Both the position numbers and the translations under genes were made by a program. Shown in pieces: positions 1 through 11,356 of a stretch of DNA of 64,000 nucleotides. Numbering within the stretch: the stretch's first letter is position 1; each line of letters opens with the position of its first letter. Origin of the DNA: Mayamaea pseudoterrestris (Eukaryota); the NCBI GenBank assembly GCA_027923505.1, contig BROI01000001.1, positions 2,232,001 to 2,296,000 on the forward strand, read 5' to 3'. The notes below the pieces were generated by a model. That model was not told the DNA's origin and did not search any database. It worked only from the letters and a program-made list of their open reading frames with translations.

Positions 1-11
1 CGACGATACGC

Positions 12-1355
12 TTGGTGCTTGGCCTAATGCTGATGGCAGGATGGGGAGCAGAGATAATGGACGTGCGAGGCGCGTTCCTACAAGGAGAGTTTCTGGACAA
101 CGAAGAGCTCTATATGAAGATGCCGAAAGGATTTGAAAAGCATCATCCACCTAACTCGGTGTGCAGAATGCTGCGGCCGTTGTACGGATTTATACAAGCG
201 TCATACGCCTTCTGGGTGGCGCTATGGAAAGCGATGCAAAGGATGGGATACGCGAAGAGCAAGGCGGATCCATGCTTGTACTTTAAATGGACAGCAATTG
301 GACTGTCAATCTGGATGAGCTTCATCGACGACTGTTTCAATACGGGTCCAGATAAGCTGATTGCAATTGCGAAGAACAAGATGAACGAAGAGTTCGATAT
401 GGAGGATCTAGGGGAGATGAAAGAGTACGTCGGATGCAAGATTGAAAGGAATAGGGAGGAACGGTCCCTCAAGATTACTCAACCAGTCATCATTCAAAGC
501 TTGAAGGACGAGTTTGAATTGTCAGAAGGAGGCGAGGAGCCTCGAACACCAGCAGAACCAGGAACGGTTCTAGTGAAAGGAAAGCCGACTGAGTCACCTG
601 AGCTGCACTCTATGTACAGATCAGCTGTGGGCAAGCTGCAGTGGGTGAAGCGCCAGACGAGGGCGGATTTGGTTAACGCGGTAAGAGAGTTATCGAAGTG
701 GGTATCGGGCCCATCGGCTGCTCATTTAAAAGCAGTCGACAGATGCATGAGGTACACTCTTGCAACAAAGAACAGAGGCGAGGTCATGAAGGCGGACGCC
801 GAATGGGATGGAAGCCCAGAGCATGAGTTTGTTCTGTGGGCAGTGAGCGACTCTGATCACGCAAAGGATCCAGACAGTCGCCGCAGTATTACGGGGTATT
901 GCACGTTTATGCACGGCATGCCTATCGTCAGAAAAGGGAAGCAACAGGAGTTTGTGACTCTATCGCCAACTGAGTCGGAGCTCGTTGGAGAAACGGAAGC
1001 GGTAAGGGACTTGCTCGCGCACAAGAAGCTGCTCGAGTCAATCGGTTTGAAAGTCAAGCTCCCAATGAAAGTCATGGGAGACAATAGAGGCGTCAAGGAG
1101 CTGATGGAGAATCAGTCTACAGGCGGGCGAACGAGGCACATTGATGTGCGCTATTACTTTCTGCGTGAGTTGCAGGAAGAAGGAATCATTGAGTTGGTTT
1201 GGATCCCAGGCAAGACGAACCCTGCGGATCTCTTCACCAAGAATTTGGGAGGAAGTGACTTTGAGCGTCACACGGCTCGATTCACTGGAGTGGACGAGTA
1301 CATGCGGTTGATAGACCGCGCTGGAGAAGAAGGCGTGAGCGCCGACGAGGAATAG
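12..1355 (+). CDS. Copia Pol, reverse transcriptase + RNase H (5'-partial, frame intact)
   Basis: RT motifs MDVRGAFL, LYGFIQA, ADPCLY, FIDDC, EYVGCKI; RNase H motifs SDSDHA..D.RRSITG, LSPTESE, DN, RTRHIDVRYYFLRE, NPADLFTK. Confidence 0.95.
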   Translation: MVLGLMLMAGWGAEIMDVRGAFLQGEFLDNEELYMKMPKGFEKHHPPNSVCRMLRPLYGFIQASYAFWVALWKAMQRMGYAKSKADPCLYFKWTAIGLSIWMSFIDDCFNTGPDKLIAIAKNKMNEEFDMEDLGEMKEYVGCKIERNREERSLKITQPVIIQSLKDEFELSEGGEEPRTPAEPGTVLVKGKPTESPELHSMYRSAVGKLQWVKRQTRADLVNAVRELSKWVSGPSAAHLKAVDRCMRYTLATKNRGEVMKADAEWDGSPEHEFVLWAVSDSDHAKDPDSRRSITGYCTFMHGMPIVRKGKQQEFVTLSPTESELVGETEAVRDLLAHKKLLESIGLKVKLPMKVMGDNRGVKELMENQSTGGRTRHIDVRYYFLRELQEEGIIELVWIPGKTNPADLFTKNLGGSDFERHTARFTGVDEYMRLIDRAGEEGVSADEE

Positions 1356-1373
1356 CCGTCTCATGGCGGAGCG

Positions 1374-1631
1374 TGTTGAGAGTAAATACGTTTTGCATGA
1401 GACTTGGCTATGTAACTGATGGGAAAGTATATGTGCCCGAGAAGGGGCGAAGGGATTCGCTAAGTGGGTCCTAAGTAATTGAGTGAATGATACAGTCAGC
1501 TGTTCTGACTGTCTAAGTGGAGGTCCGTGGGCGACCGAGATATAGGCTATGAGCGAAGTAGGTTGGCGAGGGTGCGGATGCACCTCGACCAGGTTTGAAA
1601 TAATAAAGATCACTTTTCTATGGCAACAACA
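1374..1631 (+). repeat. Putative 3' LTR (~258 bp) of the first copia element
   Basis: Starts TGTTG 18 nt after the pol stop and ends CAACA (1628 or 1631). The partner LTR is not in the window, so the ends are inferred. Confidence 0.65.
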
Positions 1632-2788
1632 GGTTGTAGAACATACTAGTAGCAATTTTCTGAAGACCTTCCAGCATCTCCAATCTGATTGCACGAAAGG
1701 TTCAAAATTTTGAGCCTCGTTTGTTGCTTCGTCTGCTTGGGTGTATCATTTGCGTCGATACCATTCTGCAGTGGCGAGCGCGATCCAACATCGTCTTCGT
1801 CCTCGTTTGACGCGTCACCCAGTTCGGTCAAATCTTCCTCTTCACTGCCGTCTCCGTCTCCGTCTTCGTCATCCTCACTCACGTCTTCCTCATATACTAG
1901 TCCATGCGCAATAGAGATACACCTAGAATTCTGAATCTTGTTGTTGGCTAGTTGAAGCACCTGCAGATTGGTCATGCCCAATAGCCGATCGCCCAAGTGC
2001 GCCGCCCCGGCATCCGTAATCTGATTGTTCTGCAAGTAGACTTCGCGCACAAGCGAACCATCCATTTCTCGAGCCAAGACTTCAACGCCAATGTCTCCAA
2101 TGTCATTATTCGCTAGATTCAAGTGTCGCAAATGATGCCAAAATGAAATGTGTTTGGCAATCTCAAGACACCCGTCATCCAGACAATTGTTGGAGGCTAG
2201 ATTGAGCGTATGTAGTAAATCAAGTCGTTGGAGCGGCTCAGCAAGCTTCCATATTCCATCATGTCCCATGGCATTGCTTTTAAGCAATAGTGTTTGTAAC
2301 GTCGTCGGCAACGAGAGTGACTGCGCCCCAAAATGGCCCATGGATGTATCACTCAAATCCAAGTGCACCAACGTCTTGTTCTTGGCCAAGTAATTTTCAC
2401 TCAGCATCTTGATTCCTCTTGGTCCCAATTTCCTATTACCAGCGAGCGAGAGTAGTGAAAGATGCTGAAAGTGATTCAAAATCTTGCAAAGTTTGCGCAA
2501 GGCGTTTGCCGAGAGTCCGATGGATGCCAATGTCAATTCTCGTAGCTGCTTCAGTGACACCAGCACCTCGCAAAGTTTACTAAACGTCTCTGACTCCAAC
2601 GTAATATCTATTATTGAGAATATCTGAATATCTTCGTTCTCGCTACTTCGATTGAGAATAGCGTCTAGAATATGTTGCAACGTTTCGTTGGAGCACGTCG
2701 CGTCGAGGTCCACGCTAGAGATTGTCGCGTTTGGATTGCGGAGCTGTTCCACAAGCTTTTCAGTTGTACTACCGGTAGTTGTCTCCAT
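1632..2788 (-). pseudogene. RNI-like/NLRC3-type leucine-rich repeat protein, apparently frameshifted and truncated by the copia LTR
   Basis: About 10 LxxLxLxxNxIGDxG repeats plus an acidic insert; likely ATG at 2788. The last LRR continues only in a shifted frame (GLQKIATSMFYN) and runs into the LTR end. Confidence 0.75.
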
Positions 2789-3021
2789 GATCAGACACTG
2801 GACGTTTACGAAAGCTATCAACGACGAGTGCTTCTTCTTCTTGGAGAGGCATGCGGAGACGGTTTCGGACGCAGCTCCAAGTAGTTACGGTGCGACATAA
2901 AGATCGAATACCGGTACGATGAGCTACTCTGCGCAATTGAGGTGATCGAATCTCTCGTCTCACAGAATTCACAGTCAATCCAAAGCCGCCATTGCTACAG
3001 CAAGCTTCAAAATCGTAGTGG

Positions 3022-3951
3022 ATGCTTTCAATGCTAGTGTTGGTCATACTGAGCATTATCTCTATTGCTGATTGCAGTGCGTTTGAACCTACCGCTGCTT
3101 CAAGCAATCAACAAGTATTTCGTCGCGACTCTTTGACGTATCGGCACATTCCATGCTCTGATGTTAATACCAGCAAAGCAAGTCGATTGAATGTCCCTCT
3201 CATAATAATACCTGGATTTGCACAATCCATAGACTTGTACATGCCACATCTTCCAGCGCTCACTCAAAAACGGAGTGTCATTGTCTTCCAAGCCATGGGG
3301 ACTGGGACAAAAGCATTTCCTTCGGACGTATCCTTGCCGGCCCAAGTCAAGGCGCTCGCAACAATATTGGATTACGAATTTGGTAATGATACGCAAGTAG
3401 ACATTGCTGGGTTCAGTATGGGTGGTCGCATCGGCTTGGCGGCAGCTTGTCTACTCCAAGGCCGCATCCGCAAGTTGCACGTGACAGGCGTTGGACTGCA
3501 AACCAGCGAACATGCTCAAGTTCACTACCATGCTTGGAAGGAGTTGCTGCGAGAAGAACATCTACAAGGCTTTGCTTGGAGTGTGCTTTTGTCATCCTAC
3601 CATGCATCGTTTTTGCTGCAACATCAAAATCACCTTGTGTCTTGGGCGGAGTCACTTTCCGGATCGCACATGCACACGCCTCAAGGATTGCTTGCGCTGC
3701 TTGAACAGACACACAATCCAAAATGGAGCGTCGAGAAAATGGCAAGTCAGCTGCCAGGAACCTGCAAAATTCACTTGATGGTGGGGCAAAACGATCAGAT
3801 GGCTTCATTGGGAAGTGTGCAGGCACTGAGCGCGAAGTTGATCCTTTCGGAGGACCTACTGACAGTTGTTTCCACGTGTGGCCACGTTGTTCCCATGGAG
3901 TCGCCTCGAATTTGGAGAAACAGTATCTTGCAATTTTTGGACGATGCTTGA
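3022..3951 (+). CDS. Alpha/beta hydrolase with signal peptide (possibly plastid-targeted)
   Basis: IPGF oxyanion motif, GFSMGG nucleophile elbow, GQNDQM acid, CGHVVPME His; hydrophobic N-terminus ending CSAF. Confidence 0.88.
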   Translation: MLSMLVLVILSIISIADCSAFEPTAASSNQQVFRRDSLTYRHIPCSDVNTSKASRLNVPLIIIPGFAQSIDLYMPHLPALTQKRSVIVFQAMGTGTKAFPSDVSLPAQVKALATILDYEFGNDTQVDIAGFSMGGRIGLAAACLLQGRIRKLHVTGVGLQTSEHAQVHYHAWKELLREEHLQGFAWSVLLSSYHASFLLQHQNHLVSWAESLSGSHMHTPQGLLALLEQTHNPKWSVEKMASQLPGTCKIHLMVGQNDQMASLGSVQALSAKLILSEDLLTVVSTCGHVVPMESPRIWRNSILQFLDDA

Positions 3952-4410
3952 TAAGCCGACACACCCGTCATTCTCTAGTGGCATTCGATGACTCGCCCGC
4001 ACAGGACTCCTTGCTGGAAGTATGCATCGTTTACCTTCCGCCATCACTTTACCGTACGTACGGCAAGAGCATGAAAGCATGTGATGGCCGACTAACCGTT
4101 CGAGTGTCAGAAAATGAGCGACCATATGCAATTTCGACAAGGGAGTTGACAGCATCGGCGGACGGCAAATCGTCCGTGAAATTCATTGCTTGAATTGCTC
4201 AAGATACGCAGTATAAGAGTAATATATTTAACAGTTGATATTACTTTTTTAATGTGTAAATAGTGTAGTTTATCGTGATGCATATGCATCGACTCTTTGG
4301 TCATCATTACCTTCTGTCGTCAAGGTTTCTACGCGGAGAATCAGTGTGATCTCGTATAAGTCGTTTCCACATTGACGCAAAACCTGCAAACCCTGCAAAC
4401 GCAGTCAGCT

Positions 4411-4755
4411 TTAAATCGTCTTGGTTTGCTGCAGTTGAATCTTTTGGCTCCGATGACGATTAGGTGTTCGTGGAGGAGAATCTTTGCTTTCGTCGGCCGT
4501 ATACGCTGAGAAGCTTTCCCAGCTACTGTGCAGCAGACAGCATTTGCTGTCGGTGCTTGCATGCATTCCACTCTCAGCGTATGGTAATCGAGCGAGACGT
4601 TCCGATAGAGAGGCGATATGGTCTTGTGACGCACATGGCGAAAGAGTAGACGTTTGCAGCTCACTTGAAGCGCCATCATATGCATCGCAAGTACGCCGAG
4701 CGATGCTTATGGTCCGCTTTGGAATATTTGGTGTAATGTCGGCCTTCTCTGTCAT
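4411..4755 (-). CDS. Hypothetical Ser-rich protein with PxxPxR motifs
   Basis: 114-aa ATG ORF sharing a DSPPxxPxR motif with the neighbouring ORF. Confidence 0.4.
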   Translation of the reverse strand: MTEKADITPNIPKRTISIARRTCDAYDGASSELQTSTLSPCASQDHIASLSERLARLPYAESGMHASTDSKCCLLHSSWESFSAYTADESKDSPPRTPNRHRSQKIQLQQTKTI

Positions 4756-5292
4756 GGTTTATATTGTGTGTACTCGTAATTTTCGTATACCGTCAATGGC
4801 AGTCAAATAAAACGACAGGACCGAACGAGTAAAAATTGTCAGTGGGCAAGATTCCGTGAGGAACACTCAAGAATATCCGAGACATTTGCTTCGCTTGGTT
4901 CTTGTTTGAGTCTTGGGCATAAATACAAATACGAAGAGCAGCTATCTATGCTCACAATCGATATTTTCAACTTCAATATACGACTGCATGGGCCGGCCGT
5001 GGAGTCGATGGACATGCGCCGAAGCAGCTCCACCAATGGAACATCATGGCTAGCTACAAGCATTTTAATCTACGATAATTGACGATTAAAGTAATAATTC
5101 ATTTGTTGATTGGCTCATAGTTGCCGTAATGTACTCGGCGCATGGCGCTAGCGCACTTAGTTGGCGCTTGCCGTATATCCGGCAAAACACTCCTAGCTTT
5201 TGGCTGATCTACAGCCTGCAGCAGCCTCGAATGCTAATGGGTGGAGATTCTAGGTTTGGTAGCTGCATATTTGGTAAATCGGTTCTCGTCAG

Positions 5293-5940
5293 CTACCTCC
5301 GTCTTGGACCCATCGGAGATGGCATCATGACTCCTTTGCTGCGTCGCAAGCACCCTCGGCCATTTCTCAATTCATTACAGACTCTTCTTATCGGTATTTG
5401 TGGTGGCGAGTCAATCAATGACCTGGAGTAATGGTGGTAGGCAGGTTGATTTATGTTTGACGAACTCAATGAAAAGGTGCCTTCAACGTCAAGTGAAGCC
5501 ATACTTGTTGAGAGGAATGAGTAGCTATCGGACCACATATTGTAAGCCGAGTCAAATTTGCAGTGTACGTGCAGAAGAGGCTGCGGCAGCATTTGACGAT
5601 CGTCGATCGTCGTAGTCGTCGCTGCGTCGCTGCCACTTTCAGCATCAAAGCAGCGAGAGCATTTGCGCTGAGGTTGGCTGGGCGCCCGTTCAGATTTGCA
5701 TTCTTTATTGATTAAATCAAGCATGCTGCACTGTTTGAACTCGTTGCAGTTCCAGACGATGGAGTAGAATGACAAGTCTCTATGGCGCACAATTTGGACA
5801 GTATGTGCGAGTTCGAGTGAGTTGATGGCTGAGGTGTCGTTCTGCGGTTTGAAAAACGAGTCATTGGGCTCATTGAAGTACGTACGCAGAATTCCAAAAG
5901 TTCGCACGACTGAATATTCGTGATATTGGTCGAGCTTCAT
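5293..5940 (-). CDS. Hypothetical protein with PxxPxR motifs
   Basis: 215-aa ATG ORF, no recognised domain. Confidence 0.5.
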   Translation of the reverse strand: MKLDQYHEYSVVRTFGILRTYFNEPNDSFFKPQNDTSAINSLELAHTVQIVRHRDLSFYSIVWNCNEFKQCSMLDLINKECKSERAPSQPQRKCSRCFDAESGSDAATTTTIDDRQMLPQPLLHVHCKFDSAYNMWSDSYSFLSTSMASLDVEGTFSLSSSNINQPAYHHYSRSLIDSPPQIPIRRVCNELRNGRGCLRRSKGVMMPSPMGPRRR

Positions 5941-6186
5941 TTCGTGGTTAACAGTAAATCGAACGTTACGTCATTTCTCAAGCTCTCGAGACCACACCAT
6001 CTGCCAATTGCCCGCTCGTACGAGCATCGCTTTATCTTGTTCACGTGTCCCGTGACCGACAACTACTTAACGCTGACATCTCCGAACAGGCCCTGTGAAC
6101 GTTCAAATGATTGAAGGTCTTGCTTCAAACATGGATGTCCGCCAACTCCGGATGCGCGACAGTCGCATACACTTTCGGAGTTGACC

Positions 6187-7134
6187 ATGAAGATTCGAGT
6201 CAAAATCTCTCGCAAATCAAAGGAGGAAGAAGGCTGTAGCGCGGTTGAAAGCAGCGAGACGAAAAAGCCACCGCGGACGAACCTTGCTAATCATCAAATA
6301 CTTGCCAAGTTCCACGACTCGTTCGCGAGCGATACTTTGCATTCCAGCTTCAACTCGAGCATTGCATCGGGATCACCAATTCTGACTGACTCATGCGGCA
6401 ACTTTGAGCATGGGTCTTTTCGCATTCGCAGTCCATTTTCAGGTGGCAAGGAGAAGGACAAGGTCAAGGTCGACCTCGAGCGTTTCTTTGGGAGCAATTA
6501 CGTCAAGTCGACACATGCCACTCCTCCAGTAGCAACTTCATCGAAGAATGGCTCTGGTACTCACTGTGATGATGATGCGACCAAGCCAAAGGAGTGCACT
6601 CGTCGTCGATCCCGGTCGCGGTCACGAGCTCGCATGTCGACTACGCCGATTACGCCGATTACGCCTCCCGCAACTGTAAAGTGCAATCATTTTTCCCAGC
6701 GAGGAGGCGATGCTATTCATTCTACTTTGAATTTGACAGAGTCCTCTCCAAGTTGTCGTCGCCAAGCACGTCGGAGCAAGTCGCTTGGTTTTCGAACGTC
6801 CGACGAAATCATTCAAGCCTACGACGACCTTCAAAAACGAGAGATTGCGCAGGCCGAACGACTTGAGCAAGTGCAATGTGAAGCAGTTCGTCGACGACGA
6901 GCCTCCATGTCGCATGGTACTGTTTACGACGAAAGTCACTTGGTTTTGGATCATGAAAGGCTAATAAATCATCATGTAGACGGTGGAGCGAAAGACAGCA
7001 AGCCTACGCAACAACAGTGCAAAGGTGGAATTCCAAGGAACTCTTTCACTCACGCTCGCTCAATAAGCGCATCCAATGATGACCTGCTGCAAGCCTATGA
7101 AGACATTGTGAGCGATTTCGATAAGAATGTATAG
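6187..7134 (+). CDS. Hypothetical low-complexity Ser/Arg-rich protein
   Basis: About 315-aa ORF (ATG 6187) with an RSRSRSR tract and a repeated D(E/D)(I/L)(I/L)QAY(D/E)D motif. Confidence 0.6.
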   Translation: MKIRVKISRKSKEEEGCSAVESSETKKPPRTNLANHQILAKFHDSFASDTLHSSFNSSIASGSPILTDSCGNFEHGSFRIRSPFSGGKEKDKVKVDLERFFGSNYVKSTHATPPVATSSKNGSGTHCDDDATKPKECTRRRSRSRSRARMSTTPITPITPPATVKCNHFSQRGGDAIHSTLNLTESSPSCRRQARRSKSLGFRTSDEIIQAYDDLQKREIAQAERLEQVQCEAVRRRRASMSHGTVYDESHLVLDHERLINHHVDGGAKDSKPTQQQCKGGIPRNSFTHARSISASNDDLLQAYEDIVSDFDKNV

Positions 7135-7410
7135 GTTGCAGCGTGCAGCTGTCCAAGTAATGCTTTGCGTCTCCTCGTATGCATTTGTAACGTCGTAACA
7201 TGTGCACATTTCTATGTACTAGAATGAAGGCACGATTTACTTTGAAAAAAGAAGTCATGTTTGACACGAGCCATGTTCATAGTTCCATCTATATACCAAG
7301 CATGTCAACACACGTTAGCAAAAGTCTAAAAGCGTCCTTAGTTTTTTGCTGGCATTGAGCCAATGCATTGTTCGGCATCGTATCATCCCAATCATATTAA
7401 ACAACAAAGC

Positions 7411-7923
7411 CTACGCATCGCCACCACCATCTACTGGCGCCTGTTCCTCTTCCTGTTGAACCGGCCTGACTGGCTGAGCTTCCTGTATCATGGTGATTGC
7501 GTCTCCCTTTAGCAGAATGCGGCCGACCGACAGTCGTTGCGACTTGCGCGTATCAATCTCAACGGCATCGTCCAAAACAAAGTTCATGTATTCGTCAAAA
7601 CCAATAATTTGTCCTTCCATTTGCATGTGAGTATCTTCGTAGAGCCAAATGCGGACACGAGTCTTTTTCTGTAATTAGTCAAGATGAGAGAATCGATGAG
7701 CGGAGGCGACGAGGCGACAAGACGTACAGCAATTTGCCCGGCAATATCATAGTCATATTTAAAGCAACAGTAGTGGAAAGTTCCGAATAATTGACAAGCA
7801 TTGTCGCAATGAACGTTTTGTAATTGAATGTCGATTTTGCTGGGAATTTGGACATACCTGCAAGTGTCCAAATATAACGTTGATTGGCGTCGCCATGACC
7901 TTTTTAATTCGTTTCGGTGGCAT
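7411..7923 (-). CDS. SNRPE: Small nuclear ribonucleoprotein SmE; exons 7858-7923 and 7411-7668
   Basis: Spliced product MPPKRIKKVMATPINVIFGHLQ/KKTRVRIWLYE...EGQIIGFDEYMNFVLDDA...GRILLKGD; GTATGT...AG intron. Confidence 0.95.
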
Positions 7924-8146
7924 GATGGCAGTTGTTTCTTTACTTTACAGTAGAAAGTAAGAGATGGGCAAGGTCCAGTAGGTCGTTCCGACGATAAGAT
8001 CGACGAAGTCGAAGCGATTGACAGTGAATGGAGGTTGACGAGTTGGAAACGGCGCGGTTGCCGCGCGCTGGGACTACCGGTCCGACATTGAATGTCGCGC
8101 CGATCGCTGATCATTCGGATGGGGCTGGTTTTTGTTGCCAGTTCCA

Positions 8147-8416
8147 TGCTGAGATTGCTCCAAATGTACTTGTAATTTACGATATAAACCTCTCCTATTC
8201 GCTTGCAAAAGATCCGCTATAAAAGAGTGAGCTTATTCTATCCTAAGCGACCGCCGTAACTCTTGGAATCTTGACCTCTCCAAGAGTGTCTCCGAGTCTC
8301 TATAGCTAACTGTCCTGTTCATTGCAACGCAGCCAGTCGATCCCGCATCTTTACCAATGCCCTGGGATGTAGGCCATAGTACTGAGGATCACCTGTTTAA
8401 TCACCGATTCTCAGCA
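8147..8416 (-). repeat. 3' LTR (270 bp)
   Basis: TGCTGAGA...TCTCAGCA 8-bp terminal inverted repeat; identical by eye to 12291-12560. Confidence 0.97.
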
Positions 8417-8437
8417 CTCTCCTCTGATCCGATGTAC

Positions 8438-11356
8438 TTAATCTTCAAAGTACTCATCGTCGCCGACGAACACCTTTGCGTGCTTGTTAAACGCCTTCAC
8501 GCCCAGATTCTTTGTAAAGATATCGGCGCAATTGTCGTCGGTTCCAATCCATTCAATGTCTATAATCTTTTTCTCCTTCAACTCTCGAAGGAAATAATAT
8601 CGCACGTCAATATGACGCGTCTTGCCGGCCGTCGACCAATTGTTCGTTAGATCAAACGCGCCCTTGTTGTCTCCTATAACTTTCATTGGGAGCTCGACTT
8701 GTAATCCAATCGACTCCAGTAATCGCTTGTGGCTCAACAGCTCGCGCGCTCCGTTCGTCATCTCCACTAACTCCGCCTCCGTGGGCGACAGCGTGACAAA
8801 GTCTTGCATCTTTGAGCATTGAACGATTGGCGCGTCCTCTAGAAACGTGCTGTAGCCTCCTGGACTCCTTCTTGTGTCTGGATCCGACGCGTATGAGAGT
8901 CCGTAATCACTTTCTCTGAACTTAAAGCTTGGTGTGCCATCCCATTGCCTCGATGGCTTGAGGACGAGTCCACGCTCCGAGATCTCGCTCGTTCGTCGAG
9001 GTTCGTTCTTCTGTCCGTTGGTCCTTGTAGACGCCTTGCAACGTCTCTAACAGTGTTGCTTATCTCTGGTCTCGAGCCTCTTTTAATCCATTGAACAATG
9101 CCAACGCCGCTGCGAATCGCGTGATGCTCCTGCGCTCCAACGATTGTTCGCCGCTCTTACTTCCCGGTGACGCCGGAAGCCTCTCCTCATCGAGCTCGCT
9201 GGGTATATTGAACTCGTCTTTGAGTCTTTGAATTGCGACTGGTTGAGTTATCTTCAACCATCCTTCTTCCTTCGATCTGCTGGAATCCCCTGACCGCCAT
9301 TCTTGCTCGCTTTGTTCCGTTTGCCTTTTGCTTCATTGCCCATGTCGTGTCGATCAGCTTCGTTCCTTCAGGAAGCTGCGAGCGTGGGATTTCTTTGAAG
9401 CATTTGTACTTGAGCATTCGATCATGCTCGTCGTCAACCGCCTTCTGCCATTCAGCGACTGGTCCCTTCGCCATTGCCTCGCTGAACTTCATTACTTGTA
9501 GCTCTGATGTATGCGCAATGCCATCGCCAATCCCTGCGCCAACGAGCGCTAACTCGTCGCGCGCCGGCGTGTAGCACTCGCCTTCCTCCATCTCCTCGAT
9601 GATTGCCGCGTTGAGCGTAAGCTCACAGTCCAGCATCGCCAACGCCGCATTCTTGGGTCGCCAGCTGATACGCCAGCGTTACTTGCTCGATCAATCGTTG
9701 CCTTGGTATTACAACGCGCCCGGATCGAGTTATTGTTCTTCCTTCCCCATGGTCAATCTTTGTGACAGCTCGCTCGTTTGCTGATGCCATGTTGTCAACG
9801 TCACCGTTGACACTCTCCTCTTCCTCACTGTCGCTGGCTTGCGCGTCGTGAGTCGCACCTCTTGGGGTGTCAAGATCCCAATCGATGCCTTCCTTCTCCT
9901 TTAAGTCGGCTATCTCCTTGATCGTTTCTTGGAAATACCACTTGTTTAGGAACGTTACATCTCTAACCTCTGCAACTCTATTCGTCTTGGGATTCCAAAC
10001 TTGATAGACGTCTCCCTCATGGTCATCCGGAAAGCCTACCAACATGCCGACTGCGCCTTTGTCAAATTCCATTCCCGGTTTCTTGACACCTTTCGTCAGC
10101 ACGCACGCCTCGCCCCAACGCCTCATGTACTTAACAAAGCGTGGAATCTTTTCGCCAAAGTGCTCATAGCGTGTTTTCATTTCCCCATTCAACTCGACCA
10201 TGGTGAGTCCATCCAACTTGCTAGCATGCTTTACTAGCCTTGCAAAGAACTTCTGCCTCTGCTTCCGGTACGTTTGCTCTGTATGCTATAGCTCTTGAAC
10301 GCCCTTTGAGTGTGCGCCAGCAGGTTTCTGCCTTGTGGTTCTTGCGGCGTGTTTGCGCTGTCGATTCAATGCGCTTGACGAGTCCCTCTGCCTTGGCTTG
10401 CCTCGCAAGACTCTTGTTCTCGCCAGCGTTATCCATCCTTAGAAACTCAACCTCTCCTTTTTGTGCTTCCTTCTCTAAGCAGGTTCAAGGTGGTTTCCAC
10501 CATTGCGGTCTTGGTTGCGAAGAAGGCTACAACTTGGAATCCTTTCGCCTCGTCGACGATGCATCGACCGTTCAACTTTCCTGGCAGATTCTTTCCTTCT
10601 TTATCTTTTGGCGTCGTCAAGTCCAAGTAGAGACGTCGTCGTCTCGGTGTCGCTGCCTCGTGCGTCCTTCCTGTCGGCCTTCGCTACGCCGCAAGAGACG
10701 CATGGATTCATCTTTCCAGTTAGCGTCCATCCTAAGTGCTTCGCTGTCGCTCGAGTCGCTGCTTTGCCCATGTGGCCAAACTCTTCATGCACTTGTTGGT
10801 AAGAAACGACTCTGTTTGCGTTTGCCGCGACTGTTGCTTGTTCTGCCGTCGTCGGCGTCCTTTTGACTCGCATAGCGTGGAAGACTCCGCTGCCGACTTG
10901 TACCGTCACATCGAAGACTAACTTGCGCTTTCCTTTGCTTAACTCCAGTCCATCTATTGACTGCTTCAGCGTCCAACCTTCCTTTATCATCTTTCCGACT
11001 GGAATGAGGTTGCCGACGGCTGACTCCGAGTAACTGACTCGATCCAACGACAAGTTTCCAACCTTCTTGCCGTCCTTATCCACGATTGTGCCTCGCAACT
11101 TTCCAACAAGCTCGGGATGTACGTATTCACTGTTCCCGACTTTGATCTTATCGACGCTTGTTGCTGCCCTTGTCTCATACATTGCTTCTTTGGCTACTTG
11201 CGTTATCGCGCTCGTGCAGCCCCCTTCGGACCTGCGCCAACTGTTGCCCGGTTGCCATGATGAAGAATTCGTCGTCACAAGTGACATTTGCCGACTCATT
11301 CTTCTTCTCCAAGATCTTCTTGAACCAAGCGGGGCGCTTGGAGGCGTTCTTCTCAA
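8438..11356 (-). pseudogene. Fragmented copia pol (protease remnant, integrase, RT remnant, RNase H)
   Basis: HEEFGH...CVSC HHCC motif, MDNAGEN integrase core, KARMAVRGFQQ RT start, KITQPV, KTRHIDVRYYFLRE RNase H, all spread over many frames; RT catalytic core absent. Confidence 0.9.

Larger units (their letters stand above)
1..1631 (+). mobile_element. Ty1/copia (CoDi-like) LTR retrotransposon, 3' part (5' part lies outside the window)
   Basis: An RT-RNaseH ORF is followed by a purine-rich tract (GGCGGAGCG) and a TGTTG...CAACA-bounded segment. Confidence 0.9.

Noticed and set aside
8028..8222. Short ORFs ending AEIAPNVLVIYDINLSYSLAKDPL (also 12028-12366)
   Set aside because: The shared peptide is just the identical LTR sequence read in the same frame
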